DNA of 64,000 bases from Lytechinus pictus (taxonomy: Eukaryota), in assembly GCF_037042905.1 (NCBI RefSeq), contig NC_087246.1:35774001-35838000 (forward strand). Direction: 5' to 3'. Of this stretch, positions 40,901 to 53,377 are shown piece after piece. The notes below the pieces were generated by a model. It did no database searches and was not told the origin of the DNA. It saw only the letters and a list, made by a program, of their open reading frames with translations. Position numbers and translations under genes: made by a program. Position 1 is the stretch's first letter. Each line of letters starts with the position of its first letter.

Positions 40901-41996
40901 TTATTCCGGTAAAACAATTCCTGGCATGTATTCATGAATATTCATTAGGTGGGCTGGTGATGTCATATCCCCAATCGTTCTTTTTTGTATTTATTATATG
41001 AAATTAGGTTTATTCAATTTTTTTCTACCAAGAACTAAAACAATTGGATTGACAACTGATTAAGTACATTAGTTATTTATTGCTGCAACTTATTTCATCA
41101 TAATGGAGACACATCATTTACACATTTATGAAAACAATGAAACAATTATGATTTCATGCAGCAACAGAAGAAAAAGGAAAGTGGGGATGTGGCATCAACC
41201 CACCTAATGAATATTCATGAAGACATGCCTAGAACTGTTTCACTGGAATAATGCAAATCTTTACAATTCAGTAACTTCGTTAATTTGTTATCCGATTTTG
41301 ATGAAATTTTCAGCATTTTGCTCAGTGAATTTTACTCTATAGATATAAATATCTTTAGCCCGGAGCATCCCATTAGCATGATTACTGCCTTTACTCCTGT
41401 AACCATGGTAACTGATGTTGCCAGTGACTGTTGTCATTCAGGGGTGTAATGAAGGAGCTGGAAATGTTGTTAGAAGACTTCTCAGAAAAATGTCAGAGAA
41501 TGAAGATAGCGTGCAACAACAAAACAATCATTTTTTATACATCCTCAAAGTAAAATGCCACAATAAATTGGTATCGAATCGTCACTTTCTCCAGAAAGCT
41601 CAATCTATACGTTGATGTTTGAAAGTGCAGCGCGGAGATTTAACAAGCAATTAAATAATGATAGAACATTGTCTCTAACCTTTCTTTCAGCTCGTGCACG
41701 TCATTGTAGTCTTAAAAAAAATTGATTAAATAATTTATTAATAATACCAGTTATTTAACTAACTGGTATTCAAATTGAATGTTACTAAGCTGTAACAACG
41801 AGCGCCCCTATACGCAAAAAGCACCCAGGAATTGTAATTCCTTTTAATGATCATGATCATGATGGTATTAATGAGGGCGTTATAATTTTAATTTATATCT
41901 TTTATGTTTCTCTTTTTTGATCTCCCAGAACCACTGACTAAGAGGAAAAGCCACGTGAAAAGTAGCTCCAAGAAATCTGTGCGAAGAAAGGAATAA
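37973..41996 (+). CDS. G5: inverted, divergent six-Cys family member with basic tail, 144 aa; exons 37973-37984, 38951-39014, 39554-39844, 41929-41996
   Basis: Spliced CDS 435 nt: MTTM|IRITQIAVSLVIGFAVIQYTI|AKKPEPDRSIAAVVMSLCTPY...DTACHVIAHLCDYMQLGELMKCPHA|QPLTKRKSHVKSSSKKSVRRKE*. Same phases and Cys spacing as the other members. The first and last exons are less certain, since an alternative acceptor exists near 40655. Confidence 0.75.
40779..41372. mobile_element. Kolobok-like palindromic MITE in G5 intron 3
   Basis: ttaa|aggctctgggctga ... ttagcccggagcatccc, with inverted internal arms. Confidence 0.7.
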
Positions 41997-42127
41997 TTCA
42001 ATTCAACCAACACGGATGGATTTTCTGCAAATATTAAGTTAAATACAATAGGTTTTCACCTCTGCATTTGAAGCATACAGTATAACGACAATTATAACAG
42101 AATCGTGCAAGTGTCAGCCTAGCTTGA

Positions 42128-42723
42128 AGGACAAGTCCACCCCAACAAACAGTTGATTTGGATAAAAAGAGAAAATTTCAACAAGCATACCACTGAAAAT
42201 TTCATCAAAATCAGATGTAAAATAAGAAAGTTATGACATTTTAAAGTTTTGCTTAATTTCACAAAACAGTTATATGCACATCCTGGTGGGTATGCAAATG
42301 AGGAGCCTGATGGCGTTATCCACTCATTATTTCTTTCGTATTTTATTTTATGAAATAGGGAATATTCTATTTTTCTCCTTATTGTCAAGAGAAACAACGA
42401 TTAATTCCTCCCTGAACATATAGAATGAGCATTGTTAAATACTATATGATTCAGTCAAGTTGGTCCTTATTGTCAGATCTATTTAAAAAAATGAAATATT
42501 GTATAATTCAAACAATAAAAAACAAAAGAAATAGTGAGTGAGGGACATCATCGACTTTCTCATTTGAGTTGTGTACATCACTGTTTTGTGAAAAATAAGC
42601 AAAAATTTTAAGTACCATAACTTTCTTATTTTACATCCGATTTTGATGAAACTTCCGCGGTTTGCTAGTTTGCTTTTTTTCTCTATTTATTCAAATCAAC
42701 ATTTTATGGGGTGGACTTGACCT
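42128..42723. mobile_element. Kolobok-like palindromic MITE
   Basis: aggacaagtccacccca ... ggggtggacttgacct|ttaa. Confidence 0.8.
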
Positions 42724-43439
42724 TTAAGTAACCCCCAATCGAAAGTTCTTCATGACTATCATCTTGATCATGATTCTTGCTTTGTATAGATTGAGATAAA
42801 GCAAACCACTGGAACTAATGATGAATATATCTTCTTCTTTGTGAATTACTAATTTCAACGTTAGTTTCAATCTTTGAATATGAATATGGAATTAAAAGAA
42901 ATGAAAATGAAATATTGCTATACATTTAATATTCACCTTTATTGCAAAGTGTTAATTAAGATAAGGATTACACCAACGTCACAAATTTGGAATATCACCC
43001 ATTCTTTCTTCGACCCATACAAATTGACGAAAGATGCACTAATTGATTTTTTACTTGCTTTGGCAGCTGTATTTTGTTTCTTAAATTAAATATCTTTACA
43101 GAAAGTAAGTTATTGATGTTGATGAATTGTTGCATCTGTTATTGTCGTTTCTTTATGATTGATGATGATCATGATGATTTAATTGATGATAATTGTAATT
43201 ACAATGATGACAAGATTGACAAGGTGTTAAGGTGATGATGATGATGATGATGTCTCCTGTCTCCACAATGGTGAAGGAAATATGGGTTTTTAATGGGGAG
43301 AATAAAATTGCGATAATGGAGGAAGAAAGATTATTAATACAATGAAAATGATAATAATAACAATAATAATAGTAATCTATTTATCCAGAGTTAGGAACTT
43401 CAACTCTCAACTGTTTTTCAAATGGGCCCTTATACATGT

Positions 43440-43575
43440 ATCTGCTCTCCACCATGTCGAGCCATTAAAAGACATGATGTTGGAGTTCCCGTGTTTTAAG
43501 TCTTTGGTACGACTTGGTCGGGATCGAACCAACGACCTTCCGCGCATGAGGCGGGCGTACTATCACTGAGCCGTC
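43440..43575 (-). mobile_element. tRNA-derived SINE fragment
   Basis: The minus strand reads GGCTCAGTGATAG (A box) ... GGTTCGATCCCG (B box). Similar remnants lie near 18470-18700 and 43870-44005. Confidence 0.55.
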
Positions 43576-45095
43576 CATACCGATGTTGATGATAGTGGGG
43601 TTGAGGGCATTGTTGACGATCGTAAGGGTGATTGTTGTTGTTGTTGTTGTTGTGGTGCTGCTGGTGGTGGTGATTATGACCCCCTTTAAACATGGGCCGG
43701 TTTCATCGAGTCGGCCTCATGCCACTCTCACTCTTATGTGTAAATGGGATCTATGACACTGGTCATGATGATATGCGTCATAGGGGTGGCGGTGATGAAG
43801 GTGTAAATGATGGTGGAAGTAATGGGTTGTTTATTTTGTTTTAAAGTACACGCATAGCTATTCACATGATTGATTTGAATGTAGGATAAAAGAGCACAGT
43901 AGATGACATACCTTGTTCAAGGGCATAGGTGAGCGGCCAGGGATCAAACCCCGGACTTCCATGTGTTTGTGGTCAGGGGCCTTAGACCACTCGGCCACGG
44001 CATCTCCACAGGTGGAGGTGGTGGTGATTGTAGGTGAATAATGGTGGTCGAGGAAATGGGTAAGGTAGGGATTTCGATGATGATGATATAGAGATTGCTG
44101 TGGTGGTGATGGCTGAAGTGAGTGATCTAAGGGTTATATTTTGTTGGTGGTGGTGGTGGCGATGGTAGTTGTGATCGTGATGATTTTGCTTCTTGAGTTA
44201 CCGATATTGATAATTACGACGGTGATGTCTATTCACAAGAACCAAAATTTGTGTTATGTTGCCCACAATTACAATGTATACCCATGGATAAACTTTCCCA
44301 CCTTTCTTTTGCCCCCTTTTATTTCAGCTCACCGTCTCACACGCCCACCTCTTTCTCTCTTTCTCTCTCTCACTTTCATTTTTCCACCCACCAGTTGCTT
44401 ATTGGTTGTCTCTATAATTATTTCTCTTTCACCGCCTCTCTTTTAATCATCCTTTCTATCTTCTCTCTCTCTCTCTTCCTCCCCCCCCCCCCTCTTCGTC
44501 CCATTCACATCATCTTTATCTTTTCACGCTTTTCTATCTTTTCCTCTTTCCTGTCTGTGTCTCCATGACACACACACACGCACGCCCTACACAACTCCTC
44601 CCATAGTCCCCATGGAAGTGGTTTCACAATCAACCTCATTTATGGCGCAGTCGCATTTCTTTTACGGCGAGTCGAAAGCAGCCGTTTTAACATGTTTTGG
44701 TACCAGCTATATATAGGTGGTTTGAATAAAAAATAATAATGTTACTGCAGCATAACACAGCATTTTCTTTTATTAAGTTTCCTCACTTAGTTTTACAAGG
44801 TTTCACCTTTCCAATTACTTTTTTGCAACAATCTTACCAAAAATTATATATAAAACTTAAGAGATGACAGGCAAATTATTAAATGTGGCAATACTTGTTT
44901 AGAATTTATTTAAATATATTAGTGAAAGGAAGATACATAAAAAAGAAACAAGCAGCATCTTAAAATGTCATTTATAGAAAAATCAAATGAAAAAGTGATC
45001 TTCATACACATGACGACTCAAGGCAAAGCATCATAGATATGGTCCTCAGGGAAGATGGGATATTGTGTTTCGACCTTTGACCTGAAATTACCTCC

Positions 45096-46892
45096 TCAGT
45101 CTGTTTCACTAGATTCAACGGATGATGATTCGGCAGAGACAGACGAAGAACGTCTGAAACGAGCTGCAAGCAAAGAAATATAATTAGAACAAAATTGGAA
45201 TGATCATTAACATACGAAGAAACTCCTAAGGCTAACCAGAACATTGATATGCAGTGGTGCTAAAAATTTAGTGAACCCCACCAAAATATGCACTCGTTCA
45301 TGTTGATGGTTGAATGTATCGACAACACTACAATGTTTGATGAGCACAGAGAAACAAACTGAATGTATTATTTTTTCACCTGACTTCACATTAAAATATC
45401 TAAAAGATGGCAGAACTTGATCGCTTTTAAATATGCTCATTTTTTGGTGGGGTTCACTAACTTTTTAGCACCACTATATCAGTCAATTTCCACGTATTTT
45501 GTATCACTACACTTACATGACTTTGGACAATTTCACCGTGTCAGAAAAAAGTAGAGAAATTTGAATAAGACATAAGGAGATATTGAAATATAACCCACCT
45601 GTAGAAGAACAGTCGACAACTTCAAGGCAAATTTTCTCCAAGATTTCACAGGCATCAGCGCTATCCTGCTCTCCTTCCTCTACCAAACACACCATATCAT
45701 TCTCAGCTTCATCAAACAGGTTCTGTTCAGTAGATGTGAGAAGTCCTCTTAGGTCTTCTTTACACGTGTCAACCACCTGCCTGTATCTGTCACATAGAGC
45801 TTCGAACTGTGCAGTGCGATCGGTAGTTTGGGCTAGAAATCAAGGAAATTATCAAATAATGATGATTCGTTGGCTTTACCAGTATAACACACATAGCAAA
45901 CAGATAATTTGCATAATATAATAATGATCTGCATCATCGTAATAAGATACAAAATAATTGCACCAAAAAAAAATAATAATAACAAGTTTTGTTGTGTAAT
46001 ATGGAAATTCGCTTTCCTAAAAATATGAAATATCATACACATCAGCAATTTACAAAAATGATGAAAGACATAATAGATATATACCCGAGTAAGAAATATA
46101 TCTGCAGATTTCGAAAAATACATCTCCTTCTCTATTGATTTTTAAATGAAAAAATAAATATTATACCTTTTACTTCCATTGCAAAACATGCAACGAGACA
46201 CAGACAAACGCAGAATGTTTTTACCTGTAGAGGGGATGAATAGATAAAATACTCAATTTTATACTATATACAATTACAGTTTAAATCGTGAAATGAATTA
46301 AAGTATTAATTGAAATTCAATAATCAAGGAAGTCCATGTTATTGCAGATAAGTGTAAGGATCTGTTCGGACCAATTTCGATCGTTCATTAGATTTAGAAT
46401 TAAAGTTTTTACAAATAAATCACACAAGGTATAAGATTCCTACCCCAAAACGGAAGGAAAATAAATGATTTAAAAAAAATGAATCATAAAAACAAATGAG
46501 GATAAAATGAAATGAAATATAGATATAAAACGAGAAGGATATGATTTTTTATTTTAAATCTTAGGTTCCCTTGTATTTTCAATGTAGAACAGAAAATGAA
46601 GAAATTGGTGATATGATTAATATAAATGGAATTCAATAGCAAATACCATTAGTATACTCCGACCTGTGCGATTTTAGATAAGCATTTGGTATATAATACA
46701 GATTTCTATTTCTATTTCATTGTAAACATTTTTCAAAAGATATTTAATTTTATGTTATCAAATTTAATATTTTTTCTTCTCATTATATCCATAATATTCT
46801 TAAAAAGTGAAAACTAAATCAGATTTACACAGTTTAAACAGTTTCTGCTGGAATGATTTGGAAAATAATGGTGTACTTACCGATTGAGCCAT
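45096..46892 (-). CDS. G6: secreted six-Cys domain protein with RFRR + Ser/Glu tail, 123 aa; exons 46881-46892, 46167-46224, 45599-45832, 45096-45163
   Basis: Spliced CDS 372 nt: MAQS|VKTFCVCLCLVACFAMEVK|AQTTDRTAQFEALCDRY...DACEILEKICLEVVDCSST|ARFRRSSSVSAESSSVESSETD*. All four exons are conserved in frame in duplicate G7. TATAAAA at 46994-47000 (-). Confidence 0.85.
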
Positions 46893-46966
46893 TTCAGGAG
46901 TTTTGCTGAGTCGAGCGTTTTGAAAAAAGGGTAAAAAGTTAAAAGTTATTTTGAACGCTGATGAGT

Positions 46967-47000
46967 GAGTGATTAATGACTATATTTTCTCCCTTTTATA
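46967..47000 (-). promoter_or_regulatory. G6 core promoter (TATA + Inr)
   Basis: TATAAAA lies 30 nt upstream of TCACTC, and the arrangement is conserved in G7. Confidence 0.65.
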
Positions 47001-49509
47001 GTATTTCAACATAATCAAACTTTAGGTAGGAAATGTTTGGCTTTCACGATTGCGAGATTGAAATATGACATGATATGACAGTATAAGAATAGAACAAAAG
47101 GACATGTTACGTAATTTGTTTATGAAAGGTAATAAAAACTGTCATTACGAATTTCGTTTCTGCTTATATGCGTAATTAATATTTATATACCATTAAGATG
47201 AAGTTGACAGTTTGAAAGGTCAAAATTAAAGAATTAACAAACAAAACGAGTGAACGACCAACTGATACGTTTGTATTGAGATCCAAGGATTCTCTACCCC
47301 CCCCCCCCCCACTATCTCCCTCAGTCTCACCTAAATGGAATTGACACTGTCTAATAATTATCTTGTTTTCATTTACCTTTGAAAGTAAATGAAACAATGA
47401 AAGTCATTTGGCGACCGATCGCTTGATTGAAGTTCTCATTTGGAAATACAGAGAATTATCTGGTGTTCTAGTCTAGTGTCAATTATTGTGAAGAAATGGG
47501 GATAGAACAAGAGGTCTCACGTCGTTCACAAAATTTAAAGAATTCAGGATGACTTAACGGATGGTGCGTCAGAGCCACAGTGCATGAAGATAACCAGTTT
47601 TGTTTTAATCTTAATTTATTTTTGGTTTATTTCATTTCTATATCCACTTTTTTCAGCATACAAATCGGAGATACAAAAATAAAGGGTGTTTCTTTAAAAA
47701 AAGGGTAACCGAAGTTCAAAGGTTAGTTATATCAGGAATACATGATACAATTATTGTGATATCTATTTTACATAACTGAGTAACTCATCAACTTTCATCG
47801 ACACCTTGATTGCGCCACAATAAGACAGTTCGGAGTTCCATTCTGCGCATGATCAGAAGAAGGTCATTTGTACTAAAGTGACAAGGTGGTTTGATATTTA
47901 ATGAGATAATCACCAACTTTGATGTCTTGATTATTCATATATTCTTTTGAATTGGGTTTCCATTAGATAAAACTAAAAACAACAATGCGTCCATTAGCGA
48001 CTGGTATTTCACAGTTGGCCAAATACATTGTTTTAATAAACAAACAAACTAGAAAACCTATCTTATTACAGCTTGTGAACCAATTTGGTCCATTGTCTTG
48101 ATAAAAATGGTACTGATGCCAGGAGCGTTAACATTTCCCCCATTGTGCTAAAATAGCAATTAAAAACGAACATAAAAATAAAGATGAAATCGGAGGGTCT
48201 AAGTTTGACTCCTAGAGGATAGGAGATAGGACTTGTATTGCATATCTGACCAGGGCACCGTCTTACAAAGTGTTACGATTGATCCGGTCACTTTCACGTA
48301 TATGGAAATCCATCATTGTCATAATTTTTTCTTTAGGAAATTTGCTAATTGGTCCTTTGAAAACAAAAAGAAGCATACTGAATTGTCAAGAAAACAGTGG
48401 AGGTAAGAAAATATGCATCATATCTAGAAAATATTTTGAACAAACATGTATGTTAGATGTTGACGTTGCTGGCTTTCCATAGTTGTGGTTGATTGGATCA
48501 ATCGTAACTCTTTGTAAGACGGGGCCCAGGAAAAAACGGTATGCCGACCGTCTCATTTCGAAAATAAATCATCTCGTGACGAGATGTTTTTTATCACGTG
48601 AAACGTTGAATAGCCCTAATACTTCAGCTAGTCACATAATTCCAAAAGTTAAGTGATAATTCTTTTGCATTTAGCAAAGGAAGTTCAGTGATTACCCTTC
48701 CTAGAATCAGTGTCAAATGGCAAATTACACTTTTGTCAATCAGCTATATCGATTCAAAAATCTTGGGAATGGATTGGGTCGAATGAATGTATTTTGCCTT
48801 CATGTTGTAATTATGCTCATGCCACATAATTGTAAGCAATTTGGTCAGTATACTGACTTGGATACTTTCATCACTTCAGTGGACAGTGAAAAATAATATA
48901 TTGAGACAAATGTTCGACTCTTTAATACATTTTGTCTGCTGGCTCTTAAAGTTTGGATTTCATTTCATTTGGACATGAAAGTAGAGCACAGGACAGAGAA
49001 GGTAAAATTTATTTCCTGCTCTGCGTATAATTTCGGGTTTCTAGTTTTAAAATGGTACAGGTAATATTAATTCAGCTTTAACTTTGCAGAATAAAAAAAA
49101 ATGAAAGAAATAACACCATATGATTATTCAAGACAAACTGTGCTGTCTTGCTCATAGTATTCCTGAACCAGGCAAATGACAAGCCACACGTTTGATCTTA
49201 ACAGTAAGAGAATAATAGAATAATTAATGGTATCGAAAGTTCCTGAAAATAAAATGATATTTCGTGTCGGACTGCAGCTTTAAAGATAAAATGGGGCCAA
49301 ATTTAAGGGGAAAAAAGTATTCAATAAAACCAGAATCGTTAAAAAACCCATAGCGAGTGTATATACGTTGTATTTTTATTTTTTTTTACTGAATGGACAC
49401 TTCAAAAAGATCTGCTTCACTAATATGGAGAGCATTTTTTGTTAAATAAACGAAATTGCCAAGGAATGTTAAATACTTAGAACAGTCTAAAATTTTGAAT
49501 AGCACAACC

Positions 49510-49757
49510 AGGGGCGGATCCAGGATTTTCCAAAAGGGGAAGCACATTTCCCGAGGACAAGCAAAAAACAAAAAGGTTTTTTACCAATGAATAAGGAAAT
49601 TTCATCCACGAAAAAAATTTGACAAGCAAAAAAATACAAAAAAAAACGGGGGCACACTTTATTTTAACGGCATTTTTACATTACAAATTTTAATTGTGAC
49701 TCTCAAAAGGGGGGGCACGGGCCGGCTGTGCCCCCCCCCCCCCTGGGTCCGCCAGTG
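49510..49757. mobile_element. hAT-type poly-G/C MITE
   Basis: caggggcggatcc...gggtccgccagtg with a degenerate TSD (agcacaac/agcataat). Confidence 0.65.
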
Positions 49758-50062
49758 AGCATAATATTTGACTGATCCCATTTTGTCTGCGTATTCTTCA
49801 CATCGTTTTGTAAATCATTACTTACTTTGAAGATAAAATTTTCATTTTTTTATTATAAGAGAACCGCGTATGGGCCATTCTGGCAGTCTGTGTTTCTTTA
49901 AGAAGTATGTATATCTTTATCTACATGAACACATAGTATTAATAACAAACATGATAGTTAGCCAAAACAGAATTGGGCGAAAACTAATGTTAAATCGATT
50001 TTAAACCAGATTTTGATGAGATTTTCAGCGCTATGCTTGTTTAATTTTTTTCTCTTTCTTTA

Positions 50063-51225
50063 TAGTATAGGCGATTGGTTACCCCAAAAAGGCACTTTTG
50101 CTCAGAAAATGATTAAAGCATAAAACTTGGCCAATCATTCTTCACCTCATATTGATTATTTTCAGGAGTGGTGCCAAAATATTCAACACTTTCATTAGCA
50201 ACGAATGCTAGGTAAGGGCAGATACCACCCCTATTGCTGAGTAAACAATTCTACAATATTTTTTAGAGGGGGCCCACACACTTCAAGCATTTGATTTTTA
50301 GTGGATCCCTCCATTTCTTCAGATCTTTATAATGTGAATATTACTTTGCTTTTATATAATAATTTGTTTTATTTATGAACAATATTATAATACATTGTAC
50401 CTACCTCAATTTGTATTGTTATAAGTTTCATTTGCAAATGTCATTGGAATTATTTACGACCATTTTATTATTCTGTTGAAAATGAAATAAAGCAAATTTG
50501 GATTTAAATCCGTTTGTTGCCACCCCTTGTGAATGGTGCTATTTTTGAATAATTATTCGTCTTTTCAAAGACAGCACTGCCGTTATATTGAATGGCGTTA
50601 TACAGACAAGATTGTCAGATGCGTTCCGTTTGTCTCCTTGAGTTCTTGGTGGTGACTTTTTTTTTCATCAGTAGGCCCTATCTCATTGTATATTTCACTT
50701 GAAGTATGGTGTGTGCCAACTTCAATGAGCACTGGCTAAAAACTGGGGAAGTACTTTGATCCGCAATGAGTTTTCTTTTACTTGTTTGACATAGTATGTG
50801 GTAAACATGGCAACACAATTTCTGACAAATGCGAAGAGTGTGCCTTTCATCTCTCTCGCTCTAGACATTATGTGTGTACCAAATTTAACGGGCATAGAAG
50901 GAAGACGTAGTTCAATCCGCAAGATGTTTACAGATTAATTGTAATATGCTGTTACCATGGCAACGCAGTTTGAAAAGTAATTTTTATAGGAGATTTGTAG
51001 TTTTAAATGTTTAATTGCATCATAATCATTTAATATCATTGGCCCATAGGCATCCTATGTTCTGGTTGCTGATGAAAATACGTTTCCTAACAACCGCTGC
51101 TATTCTAATTAGAGTTCATTTTCGGCACCACAGTTGATGATGTTCGGAATGTTATTTTGATCATGTGTGACAGTTTCATGCTTTTATCACAATCTGAACA
51201 TTTTTTTCATCAATCGCCTAGACTA
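50063..51225. mobile_element. Non-autonomous Academ-like DNA transposon
   Basis: TIRs tagtataggcgattg / caatcgcctagacta with the 3-bp TSD TTA. Confidence 0.7.
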
Positions 51226-51537
51226 TTAGAATTAATTTGAGAGTGGAAATTTACTAAAATTGCACTCAAGAGGTAACTACAGTTTATGAATCAATTATTA
51301 AAAAGGAATCGAAATCGTTTTATAAAGTGTTATAAACAGAACAAAATCAATTCTTTTGGATGATTGATTCAAAGACATGATCGTAAATATACATAGATAT
51401 ATAGAAAATCAAAAATTCGAAATTGAAAGAAAAAAAGGGGCAAATTTTTTTTCAGGAAGAAAATAATAATTGCTTACTGTTATTTTTTGCCACAGACATT
51501 ACTGAAAGCCATTTAACGTTGTATATATATATATTAT

Positions 51538-52447
51538 TGTTATATATAAGAAGAATTGTAAGACCAATAACATTTATTTATTTGGTTATTTCCTCTTTAA
51601 GGATATTCATAGCATAGAATGATTAAGAATATTTAAGAATATTCCAGAATGTCTCAGTAAAGCTTTGTTAGACATGAGTAATCTTTGAGTAATCTTTGTT
51701 ATTTCTGGAATGTCCAAAGACAATAGACAATAGACTGCTGGTGGCAGTGAAAATGACAATAGGATTAGCTATGTTGTTGACATTGTTAATTTCACTTAGG
51801 TCATTCAAGAGTCTTATAAAATTAGACTGCTCTAGAAATTGGCAGAATGTTCTTTTGTAGACAATACTAGAAGCTTCCAGAATAGTGAATAATTTATACA
51901 TAAGCTGGCAGTTTCTTCAAGGAGATCACATCATATCAGAGTTTCACACCAGACTTTATGTCAGAGCATAGTTTATTTTCAACTGGAATATAACATTTTC
52001 TTCTGTGGAATTACTTGCACGCCATCAATGAACTGTTTGCAGTTACTTTGAGAGAGGAATTCTCAGTTCTCATCGAGATCATCAACCTGTTTCAATGAAC
52101 GCTTTTCAACCCATGGATTGCTGAAATTGACTGTTAATCATCATCAACATCGTCTTCACAGACATTTCAACTCGCTACAGTGACTCTTGTTATTCATCGT
52201 GCTTCAACATCAATTTCATCATCGCCATCATTGTGAACTGTAATTTAAGGAATCTTCGCCAACCAACTTGGATTTTATTTGGATATACTATAACTTTGGA
52301 TTGCAAATCTGACACTTCAAGAGATGTAAGATCAATATTTATTTATGTTTTGTTAGTTTATGATTGTTATATTTCCTGTATTAGATAAAAAAAGGAAATC
52401 AAATTTAAAACTAAATTTTTATTGTTATTTGTTGCAGTGTCGTAACA
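51538..52447. mobile_element. Possible solo LTR
   Basis: TGTTA...TAACA termini around ~910 bp of non-coding sequence. The TSD is not clean. Confidence 0.4.
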
Positions 52448-53377
52448 TAATATACTTTCCTTCTTTGTCTCTCTCTCTCTCTCTTTGTTCCATTAATATC
52501 ATCTTTCATCTTTCTCTTTCCACGTATCTCTCTTTCTCTTGTTCCTGTCTGTCTGTCTCTATAACTCTCTCTCTCACCCCCACACACACACCAACATAAA
52601 TATAACACACCCACCTATTGCATACTCATGCATTAGCTTTTCCACTCTTCATTTTGTATTATTTCAGCTCTTCATCGCGCACATCCACCTGACTCACTGC
52701 CACCCCCTCTCTATACTGTATATTGGTTGTCTCTCAAGTTATTTTTATTTCACCCCCTCTCTTTTAATCCTCCTAGTACCTCTTTCTTTCTTCGCCCCCT
52801 CTCTATCTTTCTCTCTCCCTAATTTCTCATGTACATGTACACACACACACACCATCTTTTTATTTAGGCTCTCTGTAGGATCTTTAGCTAGCGAAGAAAA
52901 TTCACATTATCATTTTCTTTACTTTGCACTATACTCTAACATGATATATACAAAGAGGCACTTTACTATTATGGAACCCCTCCCCGGGTAATTCCATAGT
53001 CCACTTGGAAGTTGTGTCACAATCCACCTCATTTACACAATTATCAATTAATTAAGTTTTCCTAAGTATATGTATTTCTTTCACTTTTCAACTTCCAATT
53101 ACTTTTCTCCAACAATCCTACCAAAAGTAATCAAACTTATGAGAATGACTGAGACAAATTATTGGATTTTTCAATATTTGGTTAGAATTTTAATTTAAAT
53201 ATATTAGTGAATGGAAGAGATACAAACAAGAAACATGCAGCATCTTAAAGTGTCATTTTATATAAGTCAATGAATGAATATTAATGACATCAATGAAAAG
53301 TGATCTTCATACACATTGCAAAAAGGCAAAGGGAAGATGGGGTTCTGAGTTTCGACCCTTGACCTTCGATGACCTCC

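Larger units (their letters stand above)
44320..49420. repeat. Segmental duplication copy A (contains G6)
   Basis: Colinear with ~52665-64000. ORF 48270-48482 is identical to ORF 62848-63060. Confidence 0.9.

Noticed and set aside
48270-48482. 70-aa ORF identical to 62848-63060
   Set aside because: The identity reflects the segmental duplication. It has a GTG start and no splice or domain support.
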